From contig JBGPIG010000001.1 of assembly GCA_041484745.1 (NCBI GenBank), positions 1-32,842 on the forward strand: 32,842 nucleotides of DNA, read 5' to 3'. The notes under the pieces were generated by a model that made no database searches, was not told where the DNA came from, and was given only the letters and a program-made list of their open reading frames with translations. The DNA is from Nitrospirota bacterium. GTDB taxonomy: Bacteria; Nitrospirota; UBA9217. Positions 1-8,904 of the stretch are shown one piece after another. The stretch's first letter is position 1. Each line of letters opens with the position of its first letter. A program made the translations under genes and the position numbers.

Positions 1-148
1 ATGCAATTCTACAGATTTTAAGTGTGACATTATTCGAGAAAACACCCATTTCACAGGCTCTTTCGAATATCGACTATGATGAAACAGAAACTGATGAAGA
101 TAACCAACTGATTTTACGTTACTAACATTGGGACACTAATGTAAGCAT

Positions 149-1000
149 ATGACGGTTGAAAAATTAGAATTGCATCATCAAGCCCTTCTTTCCCCCCGGC
201 TCAACCAGGTGAATACCGTCATCTCGGAATACACCTTTGCGAACCTTTACCTGTTCCGGAAGAACCATGATTATGAAGTGATCCGAGACGGGGATATCTT
301 TATCAGAGGAAGATCCTACGATGGGTACCCTTATCTTATGCCGACCGTGGATGTGCGCACCCTCGATCTCCGCGATCTCAAAAACCGTATGAAGGACGTC
401 GATTTTCTGTTCCCGGTCCCCGAGGACTGGCTCCCGGTCTTCAGCCCCGACGAGTTCGAAATAGCTTTTTTCGAGGGCGATGCGGATTACGTATACACCG
501 TGGAGAAGATGAGTACATATAAAGGAAGGCGACTTCATAAAAAGAGAAACCTGCTGAAGCAGTTCCTCGAAACGTACCAGCACGAAGCTCTGCCGCTGAC
601 CAATGACCGGCTGGAGCAGGCGCGGTTTGTCCTCACGGACTGGCTGACGACGACCGATAGGGAGGCGCATGAGACGGATTACGGACCCTGTCTCGAAGCC
701 CTCGACCGGTATGACGAACTCGTTCTGTGCGGAGGTATCTACTATGCCGACAACGAGCCTGCGGGATTCGTGCTTGGTGAGGAACTGAATGAAGAGACCT
801 ATGTGCTGCACTTTGCGAAGGCGCGGAGGAAGTTCAAGGGCATCTATCAATATATGTTCAACAACTTTGCGAAGATTTTGCCGCCCAAATATAAATACCT
901 GAACCTCGAGCAGGACCTGGAACAAGAGAATTTGAGGATCTTTAAATCCTCCTATGTGCCGGATGTTCTGATACGCAAGGCGCGGGTGCGATTGAGATGA
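149..1000 (+). CDS. DUF2156 (phosphatidylglycerol lysyltransferase C-terminal-like) domain protein
   Basis: 283-aa ORF. The motifs FANLYLFRKNHDYEVI and YKGRRLHKKRNLLKQF...TDWL are typical of stand-alone DUF2156/LPG_synthase_C proteins. The 311-aa ORF on the opposite strand is a shadow. Confidence 0.75.
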   Translation: MTVEKLELHHQALLSPRLNQVNTVISEYTFANLYLFRKNHDYEVIRDGDIFIRGRSYDGYPYLMPTVDVRTLDLRDLKNRMKDVDFLFPVPEDWLPVFSPDEFEIAFFEGDADYVYTVEKMSTYKGRRLHKKRNLLKQFLETYQHEALPLTNDRLEQARFVLTDWLTTTDREAHETDYGPCLEALDRYDELVLCGGIYYADNEPAGFVLGEELNEETYVLHFAKARRKFKGIYQYMFNNFAKILPPKYKYLNLEQDLEQENLRIFKSSYVPDVLIRKARVRLR

Positions 1001-1174
1001 GGGTACAATACGGAGAAAAAGGGACGGGTTGGTTTTCTCCTGGTGTGGACGGCGTCTGCAAGAGAGTAGACGCAGAAGGCGATCCTGAGTGATCGACATT
1101 TTGCCGCTGTCATGTTTGGGAGCAACAGCGGAGCTTGTCAGGATTCATGCGGTTGCAATAAAAATAGAAAAAAG

Positions 1175-1204
1175 TTGGCAGAATTGATTTTCTTCGTATA
1201 TAAT
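1175..1204 (+). promoter_or_regulatory. candidate sigma70 promoter TTGGCA-N18-TATAAT
   Basis: TTGGCA at 1175-1180, an 18-nt spacer, then TATAAT at 1199-1204, in an AT-rich gap. No convincing ORF lies downstream before 1739. Confidence 0.3.
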
Positions 1205-1738
1205 AAAAAAACATGTGCGCGCGTGAGGGCCTCCATTTTTCGGACATCATCCTGAAAGGGAGCATAGCGGTGCCGGGAAGATGATGGCGGCTGGAGAAAA
1301 AAGACCTAAACAAGCTTAAAAGGTCTATGGTATTCTCCGCGGGATCGGGGTCATGGGACAATGTCTCGTGTGGGGACGCGGACTTGATAAAGTTCGAGGC
1401 CCTTAAGGACCCTGAATGTTCCCAGTACGGTACGAAATATTACACCGGGATATCGGATTCGCGACTTAAACGAAAAAGATTTGGGTTCTCTTGGACATGA
1501 TTTAGGGGAAATCACTACTTCTTATTAGCATTTTCACCAGATAGCTGGCAATATATTGACGGTTTTTTTGAAAAGTGATGTTCACGAGAGAAGTGAATCT
1601 CTTAATAATTAGGGAGTTAACCATTAGCCTACATATAGTATAACAATGGTATGTTAATTGCTATATGTTGATGAATGCATTGTATTAATATTGATCCAGT
1701 CGAGTCGAGGCTGTGAAATACCGGGAGCCATCGTATAG

Positions 1739-2482
1739 ATGAAAAGGATTTTGATCGTTGATGATGAACAATTGATTCGTTACGCACTCTCGGCCGCATT
1801 TCGACAGGACGATACCTACGTAAAGCCTGTTTCATGCGGCAAAGACGCACTCGCGGAAATAGACCATATCTATTACAACCTGTGTTTTCTCGATATTAAC
1901 CTCTCCGACATGAACGGGTTGGATATCATGAAAACCATAAAAAAAATCTCGCCCTCCACGAAAATAATCATTATGACGGGCGGCGAGGTTGATGCTGAGA
2001 TGTTGAAATCCATTCAAGAGAATGCTGATCTGCTCATGGCCAAGCCCTTTGATCTGGATCGGATCAAAGGGTTTGTGGAGCACATCCTCGGGCACGGAAC
2101 GCCGGCGTTTCAGGGGGAAGACCAGGGCTACGATGGTATAGATCGCGAGTCGTTCGTAAACTGGATGATGGATGACAAAAGACAGCACGAAAGACGAACG
2201 ACCATGCAAAGTACTACCTGCTCGCTGGTGTCTTCAGACGGTGGACAGGAGGAAACGTGCTTCATGGCCAGCATTCTTGACATCAGCGACAGCGGAATAG
2301 GCATCCGGACGGACTACCTGCTCAAACCCGGGCACCTGCTCAAGTTCAGCGACGGCCCGCCGGCGCGGGATACGGGGGTCGTCCGATGGAGCACGAGCGC
2401 CGGGACCGAGGATTCGTACCGTGCAGGGATCCAGTTCGTCATACCTCAGAACGCCCCCCACCTCTCGCTCTATGATGCATAG
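1739..2482 (+). CDS. response regulator receiver fused to a C-terminal PilZ domain (REC-PilZ)
   Basis: The N-terminus MKRILIVDDEQ...LDINLSDMNG...IIMTGG...AKPF carries all canonical receiver residues. The C-terminus has RQHER (RxxxR) and DISDSG (DxSxxG) PilZ c-di-GMP motifs. Confidence 0.88.
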   Translation: MKRILIVDDEQLIRYALSAAFRQDDTYVKPVSCGKDALAEIDHIYYNLCFLDINLSDMNGLDIMKTIKKISPSTKIIIMTGGEVDAEMLKSIQENADLLMAKPFDLDRIKGFVEHILGHGTPAFQGEDQGYDGIDRESFVNWMMDDKRQHERRTTMQSTTCSLVSSDGGQEETCFMASILDISDSGIGIRTDYLLKPGHLLKFSDGPPARDTGVVRWSTSAGTEDSYRAGIQFVIPQNAPHLSLYDA

Positions 2483-2497
2483 GCCGATGGAGCGTGC

Positions 2498-3889
2498 TTA
2501 CTCTAACCCATATTTTTTTTGTTGATACCGCAGCGTGTCGTAGCTGATCTGCAGGAGTTTGGCCGCCTGTTTCTTATTTTTCTTTGTCCGTTCCAGCGCC
2601 TGGAGGATAAGGTCTTTTTCTACGTCGTCGAGTGAGAGACCTTCTTCGGGGAGCGTGAACTTCCCGACTGGCGTATGGCTGCTGATGGTATCTGAAGGAC
2701 CGGTCAACCAGTTCGGCAAATGCATCGGGAGTATCTCTTCCGCACTCTCCAGCACCACAAGCCTTTCCACAAGATTCCGCAATTCCCTGATGTTCCCCGG
2801 CCAATTGTACGAGGTAATGAGTTCCTCCGCTTCGGGCGAGAAGCTTTTAATGGTCTTCTTATTATACCGCGTGGCGATGTGTGAGAGGAAGTGTTTGGCC
2901 AGGATCGAAATGTCCTCTTTCCGCTCCCTGAGCGGCGGCACATGGAGATAGAAGGTGCTCAACCGGAAGAATAAGTCCATCCTGAATTCGCCCTTTGCCA
3001 CCGCTTCCGAGAGATTTCTGTTCGTCGTCGCAATTACCGTCACATCGATAGGGATCTCCTCGCTCCCCCCGATCGGCCGTACCATCCTCTCCTCCAACAC
3101 CCGCAGAAGCTTGCTCTGAAGGCCCTGCTTCATGTCGCCGATTTCATCAAGGAGGATTGACCCGCCCTGCGCCATTTCAAACAATCCCTTTTTGTCCGAC
3201 TTGGCATCGGTAAACGAACCCTTTTCGTATCCGAAGAGTTCGCTTTCGAGGAGGTTCTCGGGGAGGGCCGCGCAGTTCACCTTGATGAACGGAGTAAACC
3301 CCGACCGTCCCTCATTGCGGATCAAGCGGTGGGCATGCCGCGCGAACAGCTCCTTCCCGGTCCCGCTCTCCCCGGTGATGAGCAAGGTTGAGACCGAGGC
3401 ATCGGCCATCTTCTCTATTTTTCTCTTTATTTCCCGCACCACCGGCGACTCCCCGATGATCTCCTTTTCGAAGACCTCCGACTGCACCTTCCTGAGATAA
3501 TCGACCTCCTGCTTCAAATTCCCTTTTTCAATGATGTTTTTGAGAACAATTTGCACTTCATCGACATTAAACGGCTTCGTAAGATAATCCGCGGCGCCGA
3601 GTTTCATCGCTTTCACCGCGGTCTCCGCCGTGTCATCCGCTGTCAGCATGACCACCTGCGCGGGGATGCCCTGCTTGATAATGTCCTTCAGGACATCGAT
3701 GCCGTTCCGGTCAGCAAGCCGGATGTCCAGGAGAACGAGGGCGGGAGACCAGGATTTGATCTTGCTCACGACGCCGTCCGCGCTTGTCGCCGTACGGACC
3801 TCGTATCCGCTGCTCTTCAACACCCGCGTCAGCATCGTAATAATAAGCTCATCATCATCAACGAGAAAGATTTTTTCCTTGCCCTTCAT
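2498..3889 (-). CDS. sigma54-dependent Fis-family response regulator (NtrC/AtoC type)
   Basis: REC domain (LVDDDE, LLDIRL, KPF), then an AAA+ domain with Walker A GESGTGKE and the loop ESELFGYEKGSFTDA (a GAFTGA variant), then a C-terminal Fis-type HTH (AAKLLQISYDTLRYQQKKYG). Its ATG overlaps the kinase stop codon (ATGA). Confidence 0.93.
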   Translation of the reverse strand: MKGKEKIFLVDDDELIITMLTRVLKSSGYEVRTATSADGVVSKIKSWSPALVLLDIRLADRNGIDVLKDIIKQGIPAQVVMLTADDTAETAVKAMKLGAADYLTKPFNVDEVQIVLKNIIEKGNLKQEVDYLRKVQSEVFEKEIIGESPVVREIKRKIEKMADASVSTLLITGESGTGKELFARHAHRLIRNEGRSGFTPFIKVNCAALPENLLESELFGYEKGSFTDAKSDKKGLFEMAQGGSILLDEIGDMKQGLQSKLLRVLEERMVRPIGGSEEIPIDVTVIATTNRNLSEAVAKGEFRMDLFFRLSTFYLHVPPLRERKEDISILAKHFLSHIATRYNKKTIKSFSPEAEELITSYNWPGNIRELRNLVERLVVLESAEEILPMHLPNWLTGPSDTISSHTPVGKFTLPEEGLSLDDVEKDLILQALERTKKNKKQAAKLLQISYDTLRYQQKKYGLE

Positions 3890-5721
3890 ATCGTATGCAC
3901 CCTTTCGGACTGGATAACCGGGAGGCCTATTTTGAAGGTGGCCCCTCCACCGGCGTTCTGTGCGACGCCGATTCTTCCGCCGTGATCCTCAATCAGCCGT
4001 TTTGAAATCGCCAGCCCCAGCCCCGTACCCTTTGGTTTTGTCGTGAAAAATGGTTGGAAAATCTTGTCCATCACCGCACTGTCTATTCCCCGGCCCGTAT
4101 CGGATATTTCCACGCGAACGGCATGTGCCGCCGCGTCAAACCAGGTTTTTATGAGCAGAGGGCCGCCGTCCGGCATGGCATCAACGGCATTCAGGAGCAG
4201 GTTCATGAATACCTGCTTCAGCTGCATCGGATCAGCCGTGATGAGCGGAAGACGGCTGTCGAAATCCTTCATCACGGCGATTTTCCGCGACGCCTCCGGT
4301 GCGTGGGCCGTGTTTTGTCTCACCAGGCTTGCAACGGCATCAAGGACGGCGTTCACATCCGTGCTGACGAATTGGGGCCGCGGGGGCCTGGCAAAATTCA
4401 GGAGTTCCTTCATTAAGACCTCTATTCGCCTGATCTCATCGATCACTTGCACGAGAACGCCTCTGTCCTCTTCCGATAGGTATGGTTCCTTGGCAAGGAC
4501 CTCGATCGACACCTTGATGCCCGCAAGGGGGTTCTTTATTTCGTGGGCGAGCCCCGTGGCCAGTTCTCCCGCCATCCTGAGCTGTTCAGCCCTCTGCAGC
4601 GTTTCCTCCGCCTGTTTTCGCTCGGTAATGTCGCGATCGATCATGAGGAGATACCGATGACTCCCGAATTCAAACGCTCCGGCGCTGATCTCAACGGGGA
4701 ACAGTATCCCGTCTCTATTCCGATGGTCGGCTTCTACGTTAATCCATTCCCCTTGCAGCATCCGCTCGATCCATGACGGTGAACACGCAGCGGCAGCCGG
4801 CGAGTCGAGGTCCGTAATGTTCATGGTCTTGAGTTCGTCAACCGTATAGCCGTGCATTTTCGCAGCCGCCGCGTTGGCCTCCACGATCCTGCATGTCTGC
4901 TTCCCCTCGGCATCTACAATAAAAATGGAATCCCCGGCGCTTTCGAACAACAGGCGATAGCGCCGCTCGCTTTCTTCTATTTCCCGCAGTCGTTCCTTGA
5001 GCGACCCCGCCATCGTATTTAATCCGATAGCAAGTTCCGCAAACTCGTCCCGCAGCCCTTCAATCCGGTGATCCAGATCACCCGCCTTCAATTTTCTTGT
5101 TGCTTCGAGGAGGACCTCGACCGGTCTTTTAACACCCTTGATGACGATGAACGCCAACCCCATGATCAGCACGGGACCGGCGGCAACAAGTACGATCAGG
5201 AATATTCTCGTCCGATGCACTGTCCGCTGGCTGTCTTCCGTCCGTACGGCGAGCATCTTGCTGGTCATGACAATCATGGTGTTGAGCTTACTGATGAGCG
5301 AATCGCCGATGAGGTGGGCATGTCCCTGTTCCGCCTGAAGCCGGCCGGCGGTCGCCCGCATGGTCAATGCCCGGCTCAATGCATGGCCATACTGGCCGAA
5401 CTGATTTTTCAAATCAAGGAGTCGATCCGTTACATCCTCCGAATGATGACAATGAAAGCAGGCGTTGATCGCATTCGCTGTTTCTCTGACATGCTTCACG
5501 ACCGTATCGACACTCTCAGCGCGAGGCATATTTTGTGAATACAGGTCCGCTTCTACTGTTCGAATATTCAGTAAGAGGTGCTCCCTCAGGATCTCAACCT
5601 GATGAAACATAATTATTTCATCGAACCGTGATGTATTGGCATCGATCTCCCGGATAAGGTAGATTCCACCGAGCAGTAAGAGCAGGGAGATGATACTCAG
5701 GACTGTGATGATCTTCTTCAT
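3886..5721 (-). CDS. sensor histidine kinase: TM, periplasmic helical domain with CxxCH, TM, HAMP, PAS, HisKA, HATPase
   Basis: Two hydrophobic segments (about residues 4-23 and 172-197). HAMP region (RPVEVLLEATRKLKAGDLDHRI), PAS region, H-box LAHEIKNPLAGI, and N/G boxes (NLLLNAVDA, DTGRGI, GTGLGL). CFHCH is encoded at 5446-5460. Confidence 0.92.
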   Translation of the reverse strand: MKKIITVLSIISLLLLLGGIYLIREIDANTSRFDEIIMFHQVEILREHLLLNIRTVEADLYSQNMPRAESVDTVVKHVRETANAINACFHCHHSEDVTDRLLDLKNQFGQYGHALSRALTMRATAGRLQAEQGHAHLIGDSLISKLNTMIVMTSKMLAVRTEDSQRTVHRTRIFLIVLVAAGPVLIMGLAFIVIKGVKRPVEVLLEATRKLKAGDLDHRIEGLRDEFAELAIGLNTMAGSLKERLREIEESERRYRLLFESAGDSIFIVDAEGKQTCRIVEANAAAAKMHGYTVDELKTMNITDLDSPAAAACSPSWIERMLQGEWINVEADHRNRDGILFPVEISAGAFEFGSHRYLLMIDRDITERKQAEETLQRAEQLRMAGELATGLAHEIKNPLAGIKVSIEVLAKEPYLSEEDRGVLVQVIDEIRRIEVLMKELLNFARPPRPQFVSTDVNAVLDAVASLVRQNTAHAPEASRKIAVMKDFDSRLPLITADPMQLKQVFMNLLLNAVDAMPDGGPLLIKTWFDAAAHAVRVEISDTGRGIDSAVMDKIFQPFFTTKPKGTGLGLAISKRLIEDHGGRIGVAQNAGGGATFKIGLPVIQSERVHTI

Positions 5722-6635
5722 CGTAACGGGGCATCTTCCAGGGTATGAAGGTTCTGGCCGAGCGCTCGCGCATACTCATACAGGGGTCCGAAGTCGCTGT
5801 CGGTTGTTTCTATGAACCGCTGCGCACCGAACTCTTTCAATATCCTGGCCCCCTCCGGGTCCGTATGCATATTCAGAAGCGCTGTCTTGAGCTTCTCTTT
5901 AACTGACGCATCGAGATCTTTTCGCACCGCGAGACTGTTCTCGGGTACTTCCGGAGATTGCGTCAGAATCACCAACTCGTTCCTGATTCTCGCATCCTTT
6001 GCCGCAAGCCGATCAAACACGGTGTTCTTCGCAGCGCCGATATCCGCCTTTCGGTTCACAACGTCGTAGATTACGTCTTCATGGGTTCCGGCAAAATAAC
6101 TCTCCTTGAGATAGGTAGCCGGGTTTACGCCCCATTTCTTGAAGTAGGTGAGGGGTAGGAGATATCCCGCCGTTGTGCCCCTATCGACAAAGGCGAACCG
6201 CTTTCCCTGCATTTCATGGATCGACCTGATGGCGCTGTCCTTCCTGACGAAGATCAAGCCGTGGTAGGTAGATGCGCCGTCCGGGCCCACGGGCCGTGCC
6301 ATGACCTGCACCCCCAGCCTGGAATGCGCAAGGATGTAGGTGAAGCTCCCGAAAAAAGCCGCGTCTATTTTCTGAGATGTGAAATTGATCAAACACTGTT
6401 CATAACTAGGGAGAATGGTGAGCTTGATGTCGGCCCCGATTCGTGCGGAGAGGTAGCGGGCAAGCGGTTCATAGCGCTCGACCTGTTTAAAGATGTCCTG
6501 CTCGGGGAGAAGGCCGATCAGGAGTGACGGCCGGTGCTGCTCGGGCTTCAAGGATTCAATGCTCTCCTTGCTGCACCCCAGGGCGAGGAAAGAGCACAAG
6601 CAGATCATTAATGCCACTCTGTAGTTTCGACCCAT
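5718..6635 (-). CDS. PhnD-like (phosphate/phosphonate ABC-type) periplasmic solute-binding lipoprotein
   Basis: PhnD-family pattern (LLIGLLPEQD..., YHGLIFVRKDS, KRFAFVDRGTTAGYLLP). The lipoprotein signal MGRNYRVALMICLCSFLALGC starts from the ATG at 6635. An alternative GTG at 6662 would add 9 acidic residues. The stop overlaps the kinase ATG (ATGA). Confidence 0.82.
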   Translation of the reverse strand: MGRNYRVALMICLCSFLALGCSKESIESLKPEQHRPSLLIGLLPEQDIFKQVERYEPLARYLSARIGADIKLTILPSYEQCLINFTSQKIDAAFFGSFTYILAHSRLGVQVMARPVGPDGASTYHGLIFVRKDSAIRSIHEMQGKRFAFVDRGTTAGYLLPLTYFKKWGVNPATYLKESYFAGTHEDVIYDVVNRKADIGAAKNTVFDRLAAKDARIRNELVILTQSPEVPENSLAVRKDLDASVKEKLKTALLNMHTDPEGARILKEFGAQRFIETTDSDFGPLYEYARALGQNLHTLEDAPLR

Positions 6636-6759
6636 AAGGTTTAGTACGGCGTCCTCACCCACTGCTGAACGGTATTCAGATCGACGATCTAGTCTGGGGA
6701 ACCCGCTGATGGATTTCTCTTAGGATATTCTTGGATGTAGAACGATGCAAATTCGAGGG

Positions 6760-6788
6760 ATTATAACTCAGATGTTATATACTGTCAA
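6760..6788 (-). promoter_or_regulatory. consensus sigma70 promoter TTGACA-N17-TATAAT upstream of the SBP/kinase/regulator operon
   Basis: On the minus strand, TTGACA lies at 6788-6783, followed by an exact 17-nt spacer and TATAAT at 6765-6760. This is about 95-125 nt upstream of the candidate start codons, in an AT-rich spacer. Confidence 0.6.
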
Positions 6789-7091
6789 TATCCGAAAAAA
6801 TAAAAGAAAAATGGACGGAATTGACTCATACTTACTGTTTTCCAAGCACATTTTGAAATGAATCTTTGACGCATGCTGGGTATTGAGAGCACTATACCCC
6901 AAAAGGAAGGTTAATAGCAAAAAAAGCCAAGAACAATGGGGGAGGCTGTATTGAACAGGTTGTGCGGGCGCGGACAGGGAAAAGGGAAACGCGGAGGGGT
7001 TTGAAGAAATGACACGGCTCATGATTACACCGTCGGCTTCGTTTAATACGTGTTGCTCCTTGCGGGTTCGGCGAGAAACAGGTATCGTCTT

Positions 7092-7847
7092 CTAAATCGG
7101 TTTGATACCCCGCGTAATCACGTCCCGGATGAACAGCCGGACGCGCTCCTGGTCCTGCGGCGTGATCTGCACGAACTGCAGCCCCATGCCGGGTTCTCCG
7201 AATGGCCCTTCGCCGAACTTGTGGCTGTAAAGGACCACGGCGACCGCGGAGACGATCTGGTCGTTGAGAGAGATCTGGATGGGCAGGCGTGTGCTCTTGG
7301 GAAATGGTTTGAGGGTCCGCACATACATTCCATGTTCAGACAGCACGGTCGCGCACTCGCCTTCTACGCAGTCGAGCGGCTTATGGTTTACGGTTACGGG
7401 CAGGCGGATTTGGATGCGGATATTCGCGCGCGGTTTGGGTTCTATTCCAGCCTGGACAAACCGGTACAGCTCTTCGGCCTGGACCGGCCTTCGGAGGCAG
7501 ACCATGGCCCCTGCCTGCCGGCACTGCTGTTCGATCTCCGGCGAGTGCTCTCCGCTCAGAACAATGACTGGGACCGCGGCGGTGCCGGGATTCTGTCTGA
7601 GACGACGGATCAGCTCGAGGCCGTTCAGCCCCTTGAGCGCTCTATCGGTGACAACGAGGGCAGGTACGGCGATGATCGCCATCTCGAGGGCTTCCTCGGC
7701 GCTCTGGACCGTGCAGATATGGTACTCGAACCGCTGGAGGAGCATTGACGTATAGAAGAGGTTATCAGCGTCGCTGTCCACCACAAGCAGAAATCGGCTG
7801 CGACGGGCCGGCTTATCCGATGAAATATTGGTGATGAACTCTGCCAT
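7092..7847 (-). CDS. REC-PilZ hybrid protein (receiver partly divergent)
   Basis: Receiver: LLVVDSD, VVTDRAL, VLSG, but LRRP where K-P is expected. PilZ: RANIR (RxxxR) and VLSEHG (degenerate D/NxSxxG). SD GAGGA lies 7 nt before the ATG. Confidence 0.85.
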   Translation of the reverse strand: MAEFITNISSDKPARRSRFLLVVDSDADNLFYTSMLLQRFEYHICTVQSAEEALEMAIIAVPALVVTDRALKGLNGLELIRRLRQNPGTAAVPVIVLSGEHSPEIEQQCRQAGAMVCLRRPVQAEELYRFVQAGIEPKPRANIRIQIRLPVTVNHKPLDCVEGECATVLSEHGMYVRTLKPFPKSTRLPIQISLNDQIVSAVAVVLYSHKFGEGPFGEPGMGLQFVQITPQDQERVRLFIRDVITRGIKPI

Positions 7848-8282
7848 ATTATTTTCCTCAAAGAGATGGAATGCGCACCCCCCATTACCGTCGGTCCGGG
7901 CGAACTGAAGAGCGTGTTTGGGGTTACGGGAGCGCCCGCAGGTATGAATTCCTCAGTGAGGAAGGTACTATAAAACGGAGTAAAAGGCAAGGGCTTAGAT
8001 GGAGTCTGTCAAGCCAAAAAAGAAATGTCCTACGAACAGAGAGTAAGTCGGGTTATTTCAATTAAGATGGGCTGCTTTATCTTTTGCCGGGAGCATTTTT
8101 TTCTTCACTCCTGACCCGTTTTTTGGTATATATACTCGGTCACACATTCTAAAACCATTTGATCGGGATGCGCTGAGCCGGTAACGATAGTCCGGGAATT
8201 TGAGAACGCGTCCTTCTCGGTCAGGTGATGCGCTGCTTTGCATTACCAGGCTTGTCCGGAAGGCATGTATCCGAATAGCTGA

Positions 8283-8301
8283 TCAGAAAAAATTTTTCTG
8301 A
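8283..8301. promoter_or_regulatory. 19-bp perfect palindrome TCAGAAAAA-A-TTTTTCTGA, candidate operator
   Basis: Arms at 8283-8291 and 8293-8301 are exact reverse complements. It ends 13 nt before the PilZ start at 8315, just upstream of the GGAG SD. Confidence 0.3.
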
Positions 8302-8314
8302 GCGGAGTTGTGTC

Positions 8315-8743
8315 ATGGATGGTCACGGCAATAAAAATAGAGGCGTTCGGCGGTATCCGGTCTCCGCGCGTCGCGTCTGCGCTCTCGGGATCCTCACGTT
8401 CCGACAGCTTGAGTGGACGGCCCTCGATGTACAGATCGTGGACATCAGCGTCGTCGGGATAGGGATAGAGTCAAACCAGCAGATCGAACCCGGCATAGTC
8501 TGGTTCAAGGAACGCGTTGGCGGCTTCAAAAGCGGCGTGTTGATATGGAGCAGGCAGGATGGCCCCCCGTTCCGGGCCGGCATCAAATTCGTGTCCCTGT
8601 CCCGTGATAAAGAAGTGTACCTTGAAACGTACCTTCAGGAACAGACGAAGCAGTCACCCTTGCACAAACCGCTCCAGAATCCCGATCATATTATTTCAAC
8701 AATAATCGATTCCTTCAAAAAAGAACAACAGGGCCTTCTCTGA
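8315..8743 (+). CDS. stand-alone PilZ domain protein
   Basis: RGVRR (RxxxR) near the N-terminus and DISVVGIG (DxSxxG). 142 aa. GGAG lies upstream of the ATG. Confidence 0.8.
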   Translation: MDGHGNKNRGVRRYPVSARRVCALGILTFRQLEWTALDVQIVDISVVGIGIESNQQIEPGIVWFKERVGGFKSGVLIWSRQDGPPFRAGIKFVSLSRDKEVYLETYLQEQTKQSPLHKPLQNPDHIISTIIDSFKKEQQGLL

Positions 8744-8904
8744 TGCATAACACCGTCGGGGTGGTCGATTCTCCGCCGTGATATCATCGAGTTTTGAGGT
8801 CCAGAAAATCTTCTGGGCATGGCATGCGGTATTCCAGGGCGCAAGGCTTCGTGGCGGGCGCCAGCCATAAGAAGTCCGTTCTTTAACACAGGCCGCAAAC
8901 GCGG

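Noticed and set aside
1-125. Open frames entering from the left edge. Frame 3 reads ...LFEKTPISQALSNIDYDETETDEDNQLILRY with a stop at 123-125. Frame 2 ends at 77-79.
   Set aside because: The frames are too short and low in GC to decide whether either is the 3' end of a truncated gene. There is no recognisable motif.
6917-6930. sigma54-like TGGC-T7-GC on the minus strand upstream of the kinase operon. Similar look-alikes occur at about 1546-1560 (TGGCAATATATTGAC), about 8090-8106, about 12455-12470 and about 14500-14516.
   Set aside because: The GG-to-GC spacing is off by 1-2 nt, or the GC dinucleotide is missing. sigma54 promoters do not tolerate spacing changes.
7009-7095. 28-codon plus-strand ORF (MTRLMITPSASFNTCCSLRVRRETGIVF) preceded by GGAGGGG.
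   Set aside because: It converges into and overlaps the stop of the REC-PilZ gene. It has no conservation evidence and an unremarkable composition. It is probably a chance SD in a G-rich stretch.
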